Positions 19,975 through 29,028 of a stretch of 64,000 nt of DNA are shown piece by piece. The notes below the pieces were generated by a model, which worked only from the letters and a program-made list of their open reading frames with translations, did not search any database and had not been told where the DNA came from. Location of the stretch: NCBI GenBank assembly GCA_023380695.1, contig JAMCRT010000030.1, positions 3,978-67,977 on the forward strand. The letters are read 5' to 3'. This stretch comes from Patescibacteria group bacterium (GTDB taxonomy: Bacteria > Patescibacteriota > Dojkabacteria > JAKAPS01 > JAJZLI01). The translations under genes were made by a program, and so were the position numbers. How positions within the stretch are numbered: position 1 is the first letter of the stretch; each line of letters begins with the position of its first letter.

Positions 19975-21576
19975 ATGGAAAAACTCCTTAATAATATTGT
20001 ACGAAAAGAGAAGTTTATAGGTATAGATATTTCTGCAACTTCTGTAAAAATACTGCAATTTGAAAAAAATAAGAAAAATTATAAACTAATATCTTTAGGA
20101 GAGAAAGAAATACCAATTACGGCTTTTGTTGCAGGAGTTATAAGGCAAAAAGAAATAGTATCTCAAGGCATATTAGATCTTTTAAAGGTAGCGAATCCTT
20201 CAAAAATAAAAACTAAATTTGCTGTAGTATCTCTACCTGATGATCAAATATTTACACAACTAGTTAATATACCAAAGGTAGAATATTCTAAAATAAGAGA
20301 AACTTTATCTTATCAATTACCTTCTTTTATTCCAATGAAAGAAGATGAAATCTATTGGAGCTATGATATTTTAAATGAAACTAGCGATGAATATGAAATT
20401 ATTATTACTGCAGTAACAAAAGAATCTTCAGATTCATTCATAGATACATTATCTCTTGCAAACCTAACACCTCTTCTTTTTGAGCCTCGCTCAAAAAGTG
20501 CTCTACGATCAATCCTTGTAAAAAATGATGTGCAAAATGAATATATGCTTATTGATATTGGAAAAAGTATGACAACAGTTTCTATATCTAAAAAAGACTC
20601 AATACAATATTCTTCTTCTTTCTATTTTGGATTAAACCAAATAAAAAAAATTGTAGGAGAATATAAAAAGATAAATGATGCTGAAGTAGAAGATATCTTA
20701 CAAAAAGAAGGAATACCAAAAAAGGATGCAAAGCTAAAAGAATATCTAGATAAAATGTTTGAAACCCTTACAGGAGAAATCAAAAAAACAATTAACTTTT
20801 ATGGAGAGGATAAAATATCAAAAATATTCCTTTATGGTGACACATTGAATATAGAGGGTATAGAAGAATATATAACTCCTATTACAAAAATACATATAGA
20901 AAAAGCAAAACCTTCTCTACCAATATATCCAGTACTGCAATGGGAAAAACATGAAAAAATATCTCCATATATACCTGTAATTGGAATAGAGTTGATAAAT
21001 AAAGTAAAAAATAACACAACTATAAATTTATTACCTGCAAAAACTCAAAGAATTTCAATATTAAAATTCTTTGTAAAAGAATTTTTACAGCTTTTAAATA
21101 TTATACTGGTTAACTTATTTATACTCTCACTTCTTTTTTTATATTTATCTTTTCAAAATGAAATCACTGCCTCCAATCTAAGAAATGAAGTAACCTCATA
21201 TAATAGACAAATTAATAGCTCTAAATATAAAGGAATAGCAGGAACAATAAATAAACTTAACTCTGATTTAAATACAGTAAATACAACATACAAAAATCAT
21301 CTTGTATGGTCACCATATATTACCACTATAGCAAGTGTTACTCCTGCAGGAATGGCAATTACTAGAATGACAATAAAAAATGTTAATTCTACAACAAGTG
21401 CAACTCCTATATGGCAAGTAAAAATGTCAGGAGTAGCAATGTCGAGAGCTCAAATAATAAGTCTTTCAAAAACAATTGAAAGTTATAAGTATTTTTATAA
21501 TGTAACTATGCCTCTTTCAAACTTTCAAACTAATGCAAATGTACCTTTTATTTTAATGTTTGATATTAAGACATGA
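19975..21576 (+). CDS. pilMN: PilM-PilN fusion (actin-like ATPase domain plus a bitopic PilN-like C-terminus)
   Basis: N-terminus FIGIDISATSVKILQF is the PilM/FtsA-like fold. After about 350 aa comes NLLPAKTQRISILK followed by a TM helix, a PilN signature. Confidence 0.7.
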   Translation: MEKLLNNIVRKEKFIGIDISATSVKILQFEKNKKNYKLISLGEKEIPITAFVAGVIRQKEIVSQGILDLLKVANPSKIKTKFAVVSLPDDQIFTQLVNIPKVEYSKIRETLSYQLPSFIPMKEDEIYWSYDILNETSDEYEIIITAVTKESSDSFIDTLSLANLTPLLFEPRSKSALRSILVKNDVQNEYMLIDIGKSMTTVSISKKDSIQYSSSFYFGLNQIKKIVGEYKKINDAEVEDILQKEGIPKKDAKLKEYLDKMFETLTGEIKKTINFYGEDKISKIFLYGDTLNIEGIEEYITPITKIHIEKAKPSLPIYPVLQWEKHEKISPYIPVIGIELINKVKNNTTINLLPAKTQRISILKFFVKEFLQLLNIILVNLFILSLLFLYLSFQNEITASNLRNEVTSYNRQINSSKYKGIAGTINKLNSDLNTVNTTYKNHLVWSPYITTIASVTPAGMAITRMTIKNVNSTTSATPIWQVKMSGVAMSRAQIISLSKTIESYKYFYNVTMPLSNFQTNANVPFILMFDIKT

Positions 21577-22127
21577 ATATATCTAAAATTATAAAATATA
21601 AAGACTACCTAATATATGCAATTCTCCTTATTGCAATGATTTATTTTCTTTCATTTTCATATTCAAAATATTCTGTCTCTCAAAATCAAAAACAAAAATT
21701 AAAAAACTCAATAGTGATACTGCAAAATAAAGCAAACCAAGATGTATCAATGTATAAAGAAAAACAAACTTATCAAAAAAGTATTCTTTATATAAAAGAT
21801 ACACTTCCTACAAACATCTCTCTTATAAGTTGGGTAAGACAAGAAAATATTATGGCAAATCTTTCGGGAGTAAGGAATCAGATCACATTTGCAAATGCCC
21901 TGCTTTCAACAAATAATATAACTATAGTGGGATCAACAACAAAAACAACTCCTCAAATATTAGGAGTTACAATTGATTTACAAGGATCATTTAGCAATAT
22001 ATTGACATTTATAAAAATGGTTGAAAACTCATATTATTTTACAAATATAGAATCTATTGCAATAAGTAATCAAACAGGTGTAAATTATCTTAATGCGTCA
22101 ATATCTCTTAATCTATATGTACAATAA
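21573..22127 (+). CDS. PilO-like bitopic membrane protein
   Basis: N-terminal TM helix. Its position directly after pilMN and its size fit PilO. Confidence 0.4.
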   Translation: MNISKIIKYKDYLIYAILLIAMIYFLSFSYSKYSVSQNQKQKLKNSIVILQNKANQDVSMYKEKQTYQKSILYIKDTLPTNISLISWVRQENIMANLSGVRNQITFANALLSTNNITIVGSTTKTTPQILGVTIDLQGSFSNILTFIKMVENSYYFTNIESIAISNQTGVNYLNASISLNLYVQ

Positions 22128-22387
22128 TGAATAAAAAAAAGGTGAAATTTGACAATTATACAGTTGAAATAATTAGATATACGGTCATTATTATACTAAT
22201 AATCATAAATATATATGTTCTCTCTTCCATATTTAAAGGAACACAAAATACTACATTTATGGTACCTGCATCTCCACAAATTAATACCACAGAACTAAAA
22301 AGTCTGGAAAATATTGTCTCCCCAAAACTCATTTATGGAAATAATTCTGTAGTACCTGTAGTTAATGTCCCAAATATATTCCACTAA
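22127..22387 (+). CDS. Small bitopic membrane protein (possible PilP-like accessory protein)
   Basis: One TM helix. Overlapping-stop coupling to the pilO-like gene. Confidence 0.3.
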   Translation: MNKKKVKFDNYTVEIIRYTVIIILIIINIYVLSSIFKGTQNTTFMVPASPQINTTELKSLENIVSPKLIYGNNSVVPVVNVPNIFH

Positions 22388-23093
22388 AATTCCTCTCAAA
22401 AAATCTTTAGGGCAAAATTTTATTACAAATAAAAAATATATCCCTAATCTATTATCTCTGATAAACAAAGAAGACTTAGTAATAGAGATAGGTCCAGGGA
22501 GTGGAAATATAACAGAAGCACTTTATAAAAAAACAGAAGATCTTATACTTATTGAAAAAGATGAAAGATTTGAGAGATTATTAAAAGAAAAATTTCCAAA
22601 AGCAAAGATCTATATTCAAGATGTTCTAGATTTTGATTTGTCTTTAATCCACCAATATAAAGTTGTTGGTGCGCTTCCTTATTATATTTCAAAAGATATA
22701 ATATCCAAATTTTTAAAAGGAGAAAACAGAGCAGAGACTATTTCTGTAATATTACAAAAAGAAGTTGCAGCAAAATACACTAAATCAGGACAGCTTTTAT
22801 ATAACACTCTACTAATTTATGCAGACACAATCATTGCAGATGCAAAAATTGCAAAAGAAAATTTTTATCCTAGACCTAAAATAGATTCACAAATTATACA
22901 TATAAAGGATATTCACAAATACAATAAAGAAGATAAATCTCTTGAAACATTTATAAAATCTGGATACAAAAATCCTCGAAAAAAATTAAAAGCAAGTATA
23001 GAAGTTCCATATGATTTTAAAGACCTAAGAGCACATGAACTTTCTTTTGAAGATTGGACAAAGCTATTTAAATTAAAAAGTGAAAATAGATAA
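22365..23093 (+). CDS. rsmA: 16S rRNA (adenine1518/1519-N6)-dimethyltransferase
   Basis: LGQNFITNKKYIPNLL...LVIEIGPGSGNITEAL is the KsgA signature. Confidence 0.9.
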   Translation: MSQIYSTKIPLKKSLGQNFITNKKYIPNLLSLINKEDLVIEIGPGSGNITEALYKKTEDLILIEKDERFERLLKEKFPKAKIYIQDVLDFDLSLIHQYKVVGALPYYISKDIISKFLKGENRAETISVILQKEVAAKYTKSGQLLYNTLLIYADTIIADAKIAKENFYPRPKIDSQIIHIKDIHKYNKEDKSLETFIKSGYKNPRKKLKASIEVPYDFKDLRAHELSFEDWTKLFKLKSENR

Positions 23094-23426
23094 AAATCTC
23101 AAAATATTATATATATCTCTGGATAATTCGGAAAGAGATTGAAGACCTTAAAAACTTGGCAATATATTCGATATTTCATAATTCAATCTGGACAAGTACA
23201 TATGTTTGAAGAAAGCACTTTAATTTCAATAGGTCACCCTTCTATTAGAAAATCTTTTTACACCTTTCCCATATTAGAGAACTTACTAAACATCAGAAAT
23301 CAATAGATTCTGCTATATTTTGTAGATTATTGAAAGAGAACTAATTGATCAAGCCAAGAAGATTATCCTCTAAGATCTGGATGAAATAAAACCTTTTCAA
23401 ATTGTGCCAAAGAAAAATAATTTTAA

Positions 23427-23720
23427 TTAAAAAATTATTTTATTTGCAATTTCTTTTGCATGACCTTCTTTAGCTATTTTTATTTGTTTATCAAAATTCT
23501 GGGGTTTATTGTTTGCTTTTTTTATATATCCAAAAGCATCCTCTAATGATAAAGGAGAAGCTTTAATCTTTACATTACTATTTTCTGCAACAAAAATAAC
23601 TTTAGTTTGTGGAGTTACTCCTAACAGCTTTCTAATTTGTACTGGCAGAGTTACTTGTCCTCTTTGCTGTACTGTTGATATGAATTCCTTTTTATATTGT
23701 ATTTTTGATAGATTTTTCAT
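23427..23720 (-). CDS. AbrB/MazE/SpoVT-family DNA-binding protein (antitoxin-like)
   Basis: RGQVTLPVQIRKLLGVTPQTKV is the swapped-hairpin AbrB-type domain. Confidence 0.65.
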   Translation of the reverse strand: MKNLSKIQYKKEFISTVQQRGQVTLPVQIRKLLGVTPQTKVIFVAENSNVKIKASPLSLEDAFGYIKKANNKPQNFDKQIKIAKEGHAKEIANKIIF

Positions 23721-23930
23721 GATACTATATCGTAATTAATTGTCATCATTAGTATATACTTTAACATGTTTTTTGTCAACCATTATATTGTAATTTATTA
23801 TGTAATTGCAACATAAGTTTACATTTTGTAATTATAAAAGTGTTTAAATAAATTAAATGTATGTATGTTGTATAAATTCATACATCAAGGTATAATGAAA
23901 ATATACATCTTATATTAGTATATTGTTGTT

Positions 23931-24356
23931 ATGGAAACTAAGGAAATGAAGTTTGTTGATACAAATATGTTTTTAAGATATTTTATCAATGACGACCAAG
24001 TTAAATCTAAAAAGGTTAGAGAATTATTTATAAGAGTTAAGGAAAATAAAAAAACTCTTTTTACTTCAGAATCAGTTATAGGAGAGATAATCTATGTACT
24101 TTCTTCAAAAAACTTACCTTACAATGTTCCAAGAAAAATAATTACTGAATTAATATTAACAATAATTAGGCTGAAAAACATGAAATTGGACAATAAGGCA
24201 ACCATAATAAGGGCATTAGATATATACGCCAACAATCTTCTAGACTTTGAAGATGCTATAGCAGTTTCTGTGATGGAATCTAAGAAAATTACAAAAATAT
24301 ATTCATATGATAATGATTTTGAAAAATTTAAAAAAATTGAAAGGATTGAGCCCTAA
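23931..24356 (+). CDS. PIN-domain protein (VapC-like toxin)
   Basis: FVDTNMFLRYF...DFEDAIAVSVM...YSYDNDFEKF are the PIN acidic residues. Confidence 0.7.
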   Translation: METKEMKFVDTNMFLRYFINDDQVKSKKVRELFIRVKENKKTLFTSESVIGEIIYVLSSKNLPYNVPRKIITELILTIIRLKNMKLDNKATIIRALDIYANNLLDFEDAIAVSVMESKKITKIYSYDNDFEKFKKIERIEP

Positions 24357-24470
24357 TGTACTAATTAGATAAGCTAGGAAAGAGCTAAGAGCGTTAGGTA
24401 GAACTATTTAAAGTAAAATATAGATAAAACCCCTCAAAATAATATATAGTTAGATATTTTTTATTACACC

Positions 24471-25349
24471 TCAGACTTCTTTTATGGATACCTTTGTTGT
24501 TTTACTTATTATCTTTGCTTGGAAGTACATAAAGAGACTTTGTACTACCCAATAAATAGATAATGCAGCTGGAATTGGACCTATTATCCCCAATGATATG
24601 ATAACAAGGAACACAGGCATAAAATATAACATCTGTTTAGACATAATAGAACCTATTACTTCAGGATCCATACCTGCTGACTCTTTCTTGCCTTTCTTTC
24701 CCTCTTTAATTTCTAATTTTGTACTTTCTTCCGCTATTTTTTCTTTAGTTGAAGGAAGCATTGCTTTTGTCACAAGATATTGAGAATAGCCTACTAACAA
24801 TGACAATACTATATATGGTATAGCTACTAAAGTAAAAATGTGCATTTCACTTGCATCCTTACTAATGTTACCAATAAGGAAAAAATTTAAATTATAGTGA
24901 TATGAAGCGGGATACTTCAAAAATGGAATATACATAATCTTATTTATAAAAGATGCGCTGTGTCCTGAAATCATTAAAATAGCCTCATATATAGCCCAAA
25001 GAAATGGTAATTGCACTATCAGAGACAAACAACTCCCATATGGACTTACCCCCTCTTCTTTGAATAACTTCATTTGTTCTTCTCTTAATTTCATAAGATC
25101 AGATTTATATTTTTTCTGTATTTCTTTCAATTTAGGCTGAACTTTTTGCATTTTGATAGAAGAAAGTATCTGAGATTTCAAAGTAGGCCATAGTAATATT
25201 CTTATAAGAATAGTTAGTATTATTATAGAAACACCAAAATTATTCCCCGCAATTTTATAAAAAAGAATAAATAAATTTAAAATTGGATGAAAAAAAATTG
25301 TATTCCAAAAAAATTGTATGTAATGCCAAATACTTATAAAAAAATTCAT
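24471..25349 (-). CDS. yidC: Membrane protein insertase YidC/Oxa1 (short form)
   Basis: ...GVSIIILTILIRILLWPL...QKVQPKLKEIQKKYK...SPYGSCLSLIVQLPFLWAIY. It lies downstream of rnpA. Confidence 0.9.
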   Translation of the reverse strand: MNFFISIWHYIQFFWNTIFFHPILNLFILFYKIAGNNFGVSIIILTILIRILLWPTLKSQILSSIKMQKVQPKLKEIQKKYKSDLMKLREEQMKLFKEEGVSPYGSCLSLIVQLPFLWAIYEAILMISGHSASFINKIMYIPFLKYPASYHYNLNFFLIGNISKDASEMHIFTLVAIPYIVLSLLVGYSQYLVTKAMLPSTKEKIAEESTKLEIKEGKKGKKESAGMDPEVIGSIMSKQMLYFMPVFLVIISLGIIGPIPAALSIYWVVQSLFMYFQAKIISKTTKVSIKEV

Positions 25350-25687
25350 AATTTATCTACCTTTTTTAAAATATTTATTATATTTTCCTTTATATCCTCA
25401 AAAGTTATTTCCTTCCACTGATCTTTAAGATTATGATTTACGAGGAAAATAAAATCAAATCCTGTTTTTATTTCAGAAAGATTTTCTCTTATAACAAACC
25501 TAAATCTCCTTTTTACCTTATTTCTAAGATGAGCCTTTCCTAATTTTTTTCGTATAACAAACCCAAATCTTGAGTGTTTCAAACTATTCTCTTTGTAGAA
25601 AAGAATAAAATATGGATTTGATATTTTTTGTTTTCCTTTGTAAATATTATCAAATCCATGTCTCAATCTATTTTTAGATGGAAGCAT
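25346..25687 (-). CDS. rnpA: Ribonuclease P protein component
   Basis: LPSKNRLRHGFDNIYKGK...FGFVIRKKLGKAHLRNKVKRRFR. Between rpmH and yidC. Confidence 0.85.
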   Translation of the reverse strand: MLPSKNRLRHGFDNIYKGKQKISNPYFILFYKENSLKHSRFGFVIRKKLGKAHLRNKVKRRFRFVIRENLSEIKTGFDFIFLVNHNLKDQWKEITFEDIKENIINILKKVDKL

Positions 25688-25694
25688 GATAAAT

Positions 25695-25877
25695 TTATCT
25701 TATCTTATTTCTAGGTTTCTTTCCAATCTTTCTATATACATCAGAAACTGTTAAGTTATGCCTTCCCTTTGCTCTTCTTCTTTTTAGAATATTTTGACCA
25801 CCATTACTAGACATTCTAGATAAAAATCCTCTTTTCCTCAATGTCTTTAATTTTTTAGGTTGATAAGTTCTTTTCAT
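25695..25877 (-). CDS. rpmH: 50S ribosomal protein L34, with a basic C-terminal extension of about 15 aa
   Basis: [44 protein letters not shown]. Confidence 0.85.
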   Translation of the reverse strand: MKRTYQPKKLKTLRKRGFLSRMSSNGGQNILKRRRAKGRHNLTVSDVYRKIGKKPRNKIR

Positions 25878-25944
25878 AACAGTAATAGATTATACATTAT
25901 ATAAAAAATTTGAGCAATACAATGTATGTGACCCATGCAACATA

Positions 25945-26157
25945 TTGACTTATAATCACTATGAATATATTATATATATAATGATGTACTGGGCAGGACA
26001 TTCACAACAGGTAATGTATAACACAACGCTATTTGGATGGTTATATCCTATAATAGTTGTATTTATATTGGTTATTGTCATTGTAGTTTTGATTCTACTT
26101 GCAATATATTTGTACATGAAAATAAACGAGATTTCTAATAATAAAAGCAAAAAATAA
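25945..26157 (+). CDS. Small hydrophobic protein, hypothetical
   Basis: 70 aa with one long TM helix. Weak. Confidence 0.2.
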   Translation: MTYNHYEYIIYIMMYWAGHSQQVMYNTTLFGWLYPIIVVFILVIVIVVLILLAIYLYMKINEISNNKSKK

Positions 26158-26158
26158 C

Positions 26159-26608
26159 ATGATATACATTTCATCAGATCACGCAGGATATAAGTTAAAG
26201 AGCGAAGCTATAGGATATCTCTCAGAAATTTCTGAAACCTTCGAAGACCTGGGGCCTTACAGTTTTGATAAAAAGGATAATTATCCATTATTTGCACAAA
26301 ATCTTTGTAAAAAAGTGCTTTCAAATAAAAATTCTTTAGGAATTCTTATTTGTGATACAGGTGAGGGGATGGTTATCTCTGCAAATAGATTTAAAGGAAT
26401 AAGAGCAACCCTGTGTTTAGATATATTTTTAACTGAAAGGTCAAAATTACATAATAATGCAAATGTTTTAGTACTTTCAGGTATCTATAATAAAGACAAT
26501 TACAAAGAAATTATTAGTACATTTATAAATACACCATTTTCAAACGAAGAAAGGCATAAAAAAAGAATAGATATGATTGATAAATATGATAATCCCAGCA
26601 ATTCTTGA
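26159..26608 (+). CDS. rpiB: Ribose-5-phosphate isomerase B
   Basis: MIYISSDHAGYKLK...LGILICDTGEGMVISANR is the RpiB/LacAB family. Confidence 0.9.
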   Translation: MIYISSDHAGYKLKSEAIGYLSEISETFEDLGPYSFDKKDNYPLFAQNLCKKVLSNKNSLGILICDTGEGMVISANRFKGIRATLCLDIFLTERSKLHNNANVLVLSGIYNKDNYKEIISTFINTPFSNEERHKKRIDMIDKYDNPSNS

Positions 26609-27209
26609 AAAAACAAAAGAAGACCTACTTTTAAGAATATCTCAGATAGAATCACTCACAGATATGGTACATATTGATATAATGGATGGGAGTATCACTG
26701 ATGAGAAAACCTTTCACCCATCACTAATAAAAAACATTAATATTCCATCAGAAATACATTTTATGTGCAATACACCTTCTTTATATATAAATGATATTAA
26801 TGGGGGATTAGTACAAAAAGTAATAATACAAAGAGAAATAGATAATTTTGAGAAAGAAATAAAAATATTTAAAGACCTATTCATAACATATGGATCTTTA
26901 GATATAGGTACACCAACAGATGATATTAAAGATTTTATAGATATCCTAGACGGAATAATGCTCATGAGCGTAAAATTTGGTAAAGCTGGACAAGAATTTA
27001 ACTCTACTGTTTTAGGTAAAATAGATAAAATAAAAAATTTTACAAATAATACAGAACTTGATGGGGGAATAACATTGGATAATGTTAAACTTTGCTATGA
27101 TAAAGGAATAAAGGATTTTGCAATAAGTAGTTCTATTTATAAATCAGAGAACATAAAAAAAACTATAGAAAATTTTAATAATGTATTATATGGGCAACTC
27201 AAGACATAA
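26577..27209 (+). CDS. rpe: Ribulose-phosphate 3-epimerase
   Basis: IIPAILEKTKEDL...VHIDIMDGSI... is the RPE TIM-barrel signature. Confidence 0.8.
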   Translation: MINMIIPAILEKTKEDLLLRISQIESLTDMVHIDIMDGSITDEKTFHPSLIKNINIPSEIHFMCNTPSLYINDINGGLVQKVIIQREIDNFEKEIKIFKDLFITYGSLDIGTPTDDIKDFIDILDGIMLMSVKFGKAGQEFNSTVLGKIDKIKNFTNNTELDGGITLDNVKLCYDKGIKDFAISSSIYKSENIKKTIENFNNVLYGQLKT

Positions 27210-27216
27210 AGATGTG
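27180..27216. repeat. Direct repeat A. It is the 3' end of rpe and is repeated at 28993-29028.
   Basis: aatgtattatatgggcaactcaagacataaagatgtg compared with aatgtattatatgggtaactcaggccctaaagagtg. About 31 of 37 positions match. Confidence 0.65.
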
Positions 27217-28992
27217 TAGTACACACACATATTGGACTTTAGGTGTGAATTTAAAATAAAATTTATAAAACTTTTAAAAAGATTATCATAAGAACTATCA
27301 AACAAGACTTTTTCAGCACTATTATTTAATTGGAAAAGACCCGGGCTACGACTACAGCCTGTACAATACTTAATCGTGTCAAAATCGTTTGTACCTATAC
27401 ATAATCGTTCCATGAAATACTTATGGTCTAGAAAACAATGTGTCAACAAAATTGTTATTCGTAATAACAGTAAACGTATTTTCAGGGTACAATGCATTAA
27501 ACTCATTAGGCAATTTGGCTTGCTTTTCCTTCCACTTAAACTCAAAAGCATTTACCTTCCCACTATACTCTTCAACAAGATCAATTTCTTTTTGGCTATA
27601 ACTACGCCAGAAAAAATAGTTTGGTTTATATTCTCCATATTCATTTGATTTTATTCTTTCAGTCACACAAAAGTTTTCCCACAATGCACCTACATCATTA
27701 CGTAAATCCAATTCATTAAAATTTCTAATAAGACTGTTGCGCAACCCAAGGTCTATGAAATATATTTTGCGTAGTTTTCCTACTTCGTTGCGCGGATTTC
27801 TTTTCAAGGCTGGAAGACGATAAATAACGAAAGTCTGCTCCAACAGAAAGATATATCTCTCAATAGTTTTGATATCTACCTCCAATAGGTTTGACAGTTC
27901 ACTAAGACTAACCTCATTTCCTAATTGTAGGGCCAAAGCTTGAAGCAGTTTGGTTAATAAAGGAGCCTTCTTGAGATTTTCATATTTCAATATGTCTTTA
28001 AATAAATAATTGGAACTTAGATCTGTAAGTGCATCAACGGCTTCACTGTCTGACATATTACATATCATTGGATATGAACCAAATATAAGCATCCTCTTCA
28101 TGACCTGATCTGTGACTAACCTGTCACCTTGAGTAATTTCTACAAATGAGAGTGGCTCTAAATGAAAAGTTCTTGATCTTCCAGTCAATGGCTCACTAAT
28201 TTTATTAGCAAGATCAAAACTAGAGCTCCCTGTCGCAATAATTTGCATTTCAGGATAATTTTCCACAAGAAGTTTTAAGGTGATCCCAATATTTTCTATT
28301 CTTTGAGCCTCATCAATTACCACAAGCTCGTAATCTCCTATAAAATTTTTTAATTCCATAGAACTTCTATTTGTCAGATTAGCGACCACACTTGGTTCAT
28401 CTCCATTCAAATATCGACCTTTTTTCGAAGATACCTCTAAAATTTTTTTGCTGAGAACAGTCTTTCCAACCTGGCGCGCACCATACAAAATGATAACTTT
28501 CCCTTTATAGAGATGCTTTTCAATATTATCTTGTAGCATTCGATGAAATATCATAACTAAATTATAGTAAATTGATAGACACAAGTCAACCAATTATATA
28601 TAAATTGGTAGACTTTATGTAAATAGTGCTTATTATTACTATCATCTCCTAAGTTTCTCTTAATTTAAGATATATGATATAGCAGTATTGGTTTAAGGGA
28701 TAAATTGGATATAATTTCTGGGCTGTCCAACTGGATACAATAAAAGGTGGCAAAATAATGTACTGGAGAATATATTATGTTAAAAGTAAGAACTATTAAA
28801 ACAGAGTTTTAGACAAAGCTCATAAAGAAAGCCATATTTTATATTATACTGGTAGGTGAATTAACAAACAGAAAATTTACTAAACGTCCGAAATTCCCAT
28901 ATTCTTATGTATTTTATAAATTGTTGAAAATTTACTAATTGGGCAAGTTAGGAAATATTAACCTAAATATATCAACCCTCTATAGACGACAC
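27217..28992. mobile_element. Inserted cassette of about 1.8 kb, flanked by 37-bp direct repeats, carrying a COG1373 AAA+ ATPase
   Basis: It sits between convergent rpe and zwf. The flanking repeats equal the rpe 3' end. Repeat copy B carries CAA>TAA, so it reads NVLYG*. Confidence 0.45.
27421..28593 (-). CDS. COG1373-type AAA+ ATPase (DUF4143-like), second paralog
   Basis: ILYGARQVGKTVLSKKIL is the Walker A motif. VVIDEAQRI is the Walker B motif. Confidence 0.7.
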   Translation of the reverse strand: MVDLCLSIYYNLVMIFHRMLQDNIEKHLYKGKVIILYGARQVGKTVLSKKILEVSSKKGRYLNGDEPSVVANLTNRSSMELKNFIGDYELVVIDEAQRIENIGITLKLLVENYPEMQIIATGSSSFDLANKISEPLTGRSRTFHLEPLSFVEITQGDRLVTDQVMKRMLIFGSYPMICNMSDSEAVDALTDLSSNYLFKDILKYENLKKAPLLTKLLQALALQLGNEVSLSELSNLLEVDIKTIERYIFLLEQTFVIYRLPALKRNPRNEVGKLRKIYFIDLGLRNSLIRNFNELDLRNDVGALWENFCVTERIKSNEYGEYKPNYFFWRSYSQKEIDLVEEYSGKVNAFEFKWKEKQAKLPNEFNALYPENTFTVITNNNFVDTLFSRP

Positions 28993-29028
28993 AATGTATT
29001 ATATGGGTAACTCAGGCCCTAAAGAGTG
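28993..29028. repeat. Direct repeat B (see 27180-27216). It overlaps the last codons of zwf on the opposite strand.
   Basis: Seen directly in the sequence. Confidence 0.65.

Noticed and set aside
25695-25877. Possible frameshift explaining the long L34 ORF
   Set aside because: The extension is in frame, basic and short. It is more simply a lineage-specific C-terminal tail. Not verifiable here.
27330-27360. GC-rich patch gacccgggctacgactacagcc, considered as a terminator
   Set aside because: It has only a 6-bp CCCGGG palindrome with no loop and no T-tract, so it is not a convincing hairpin.
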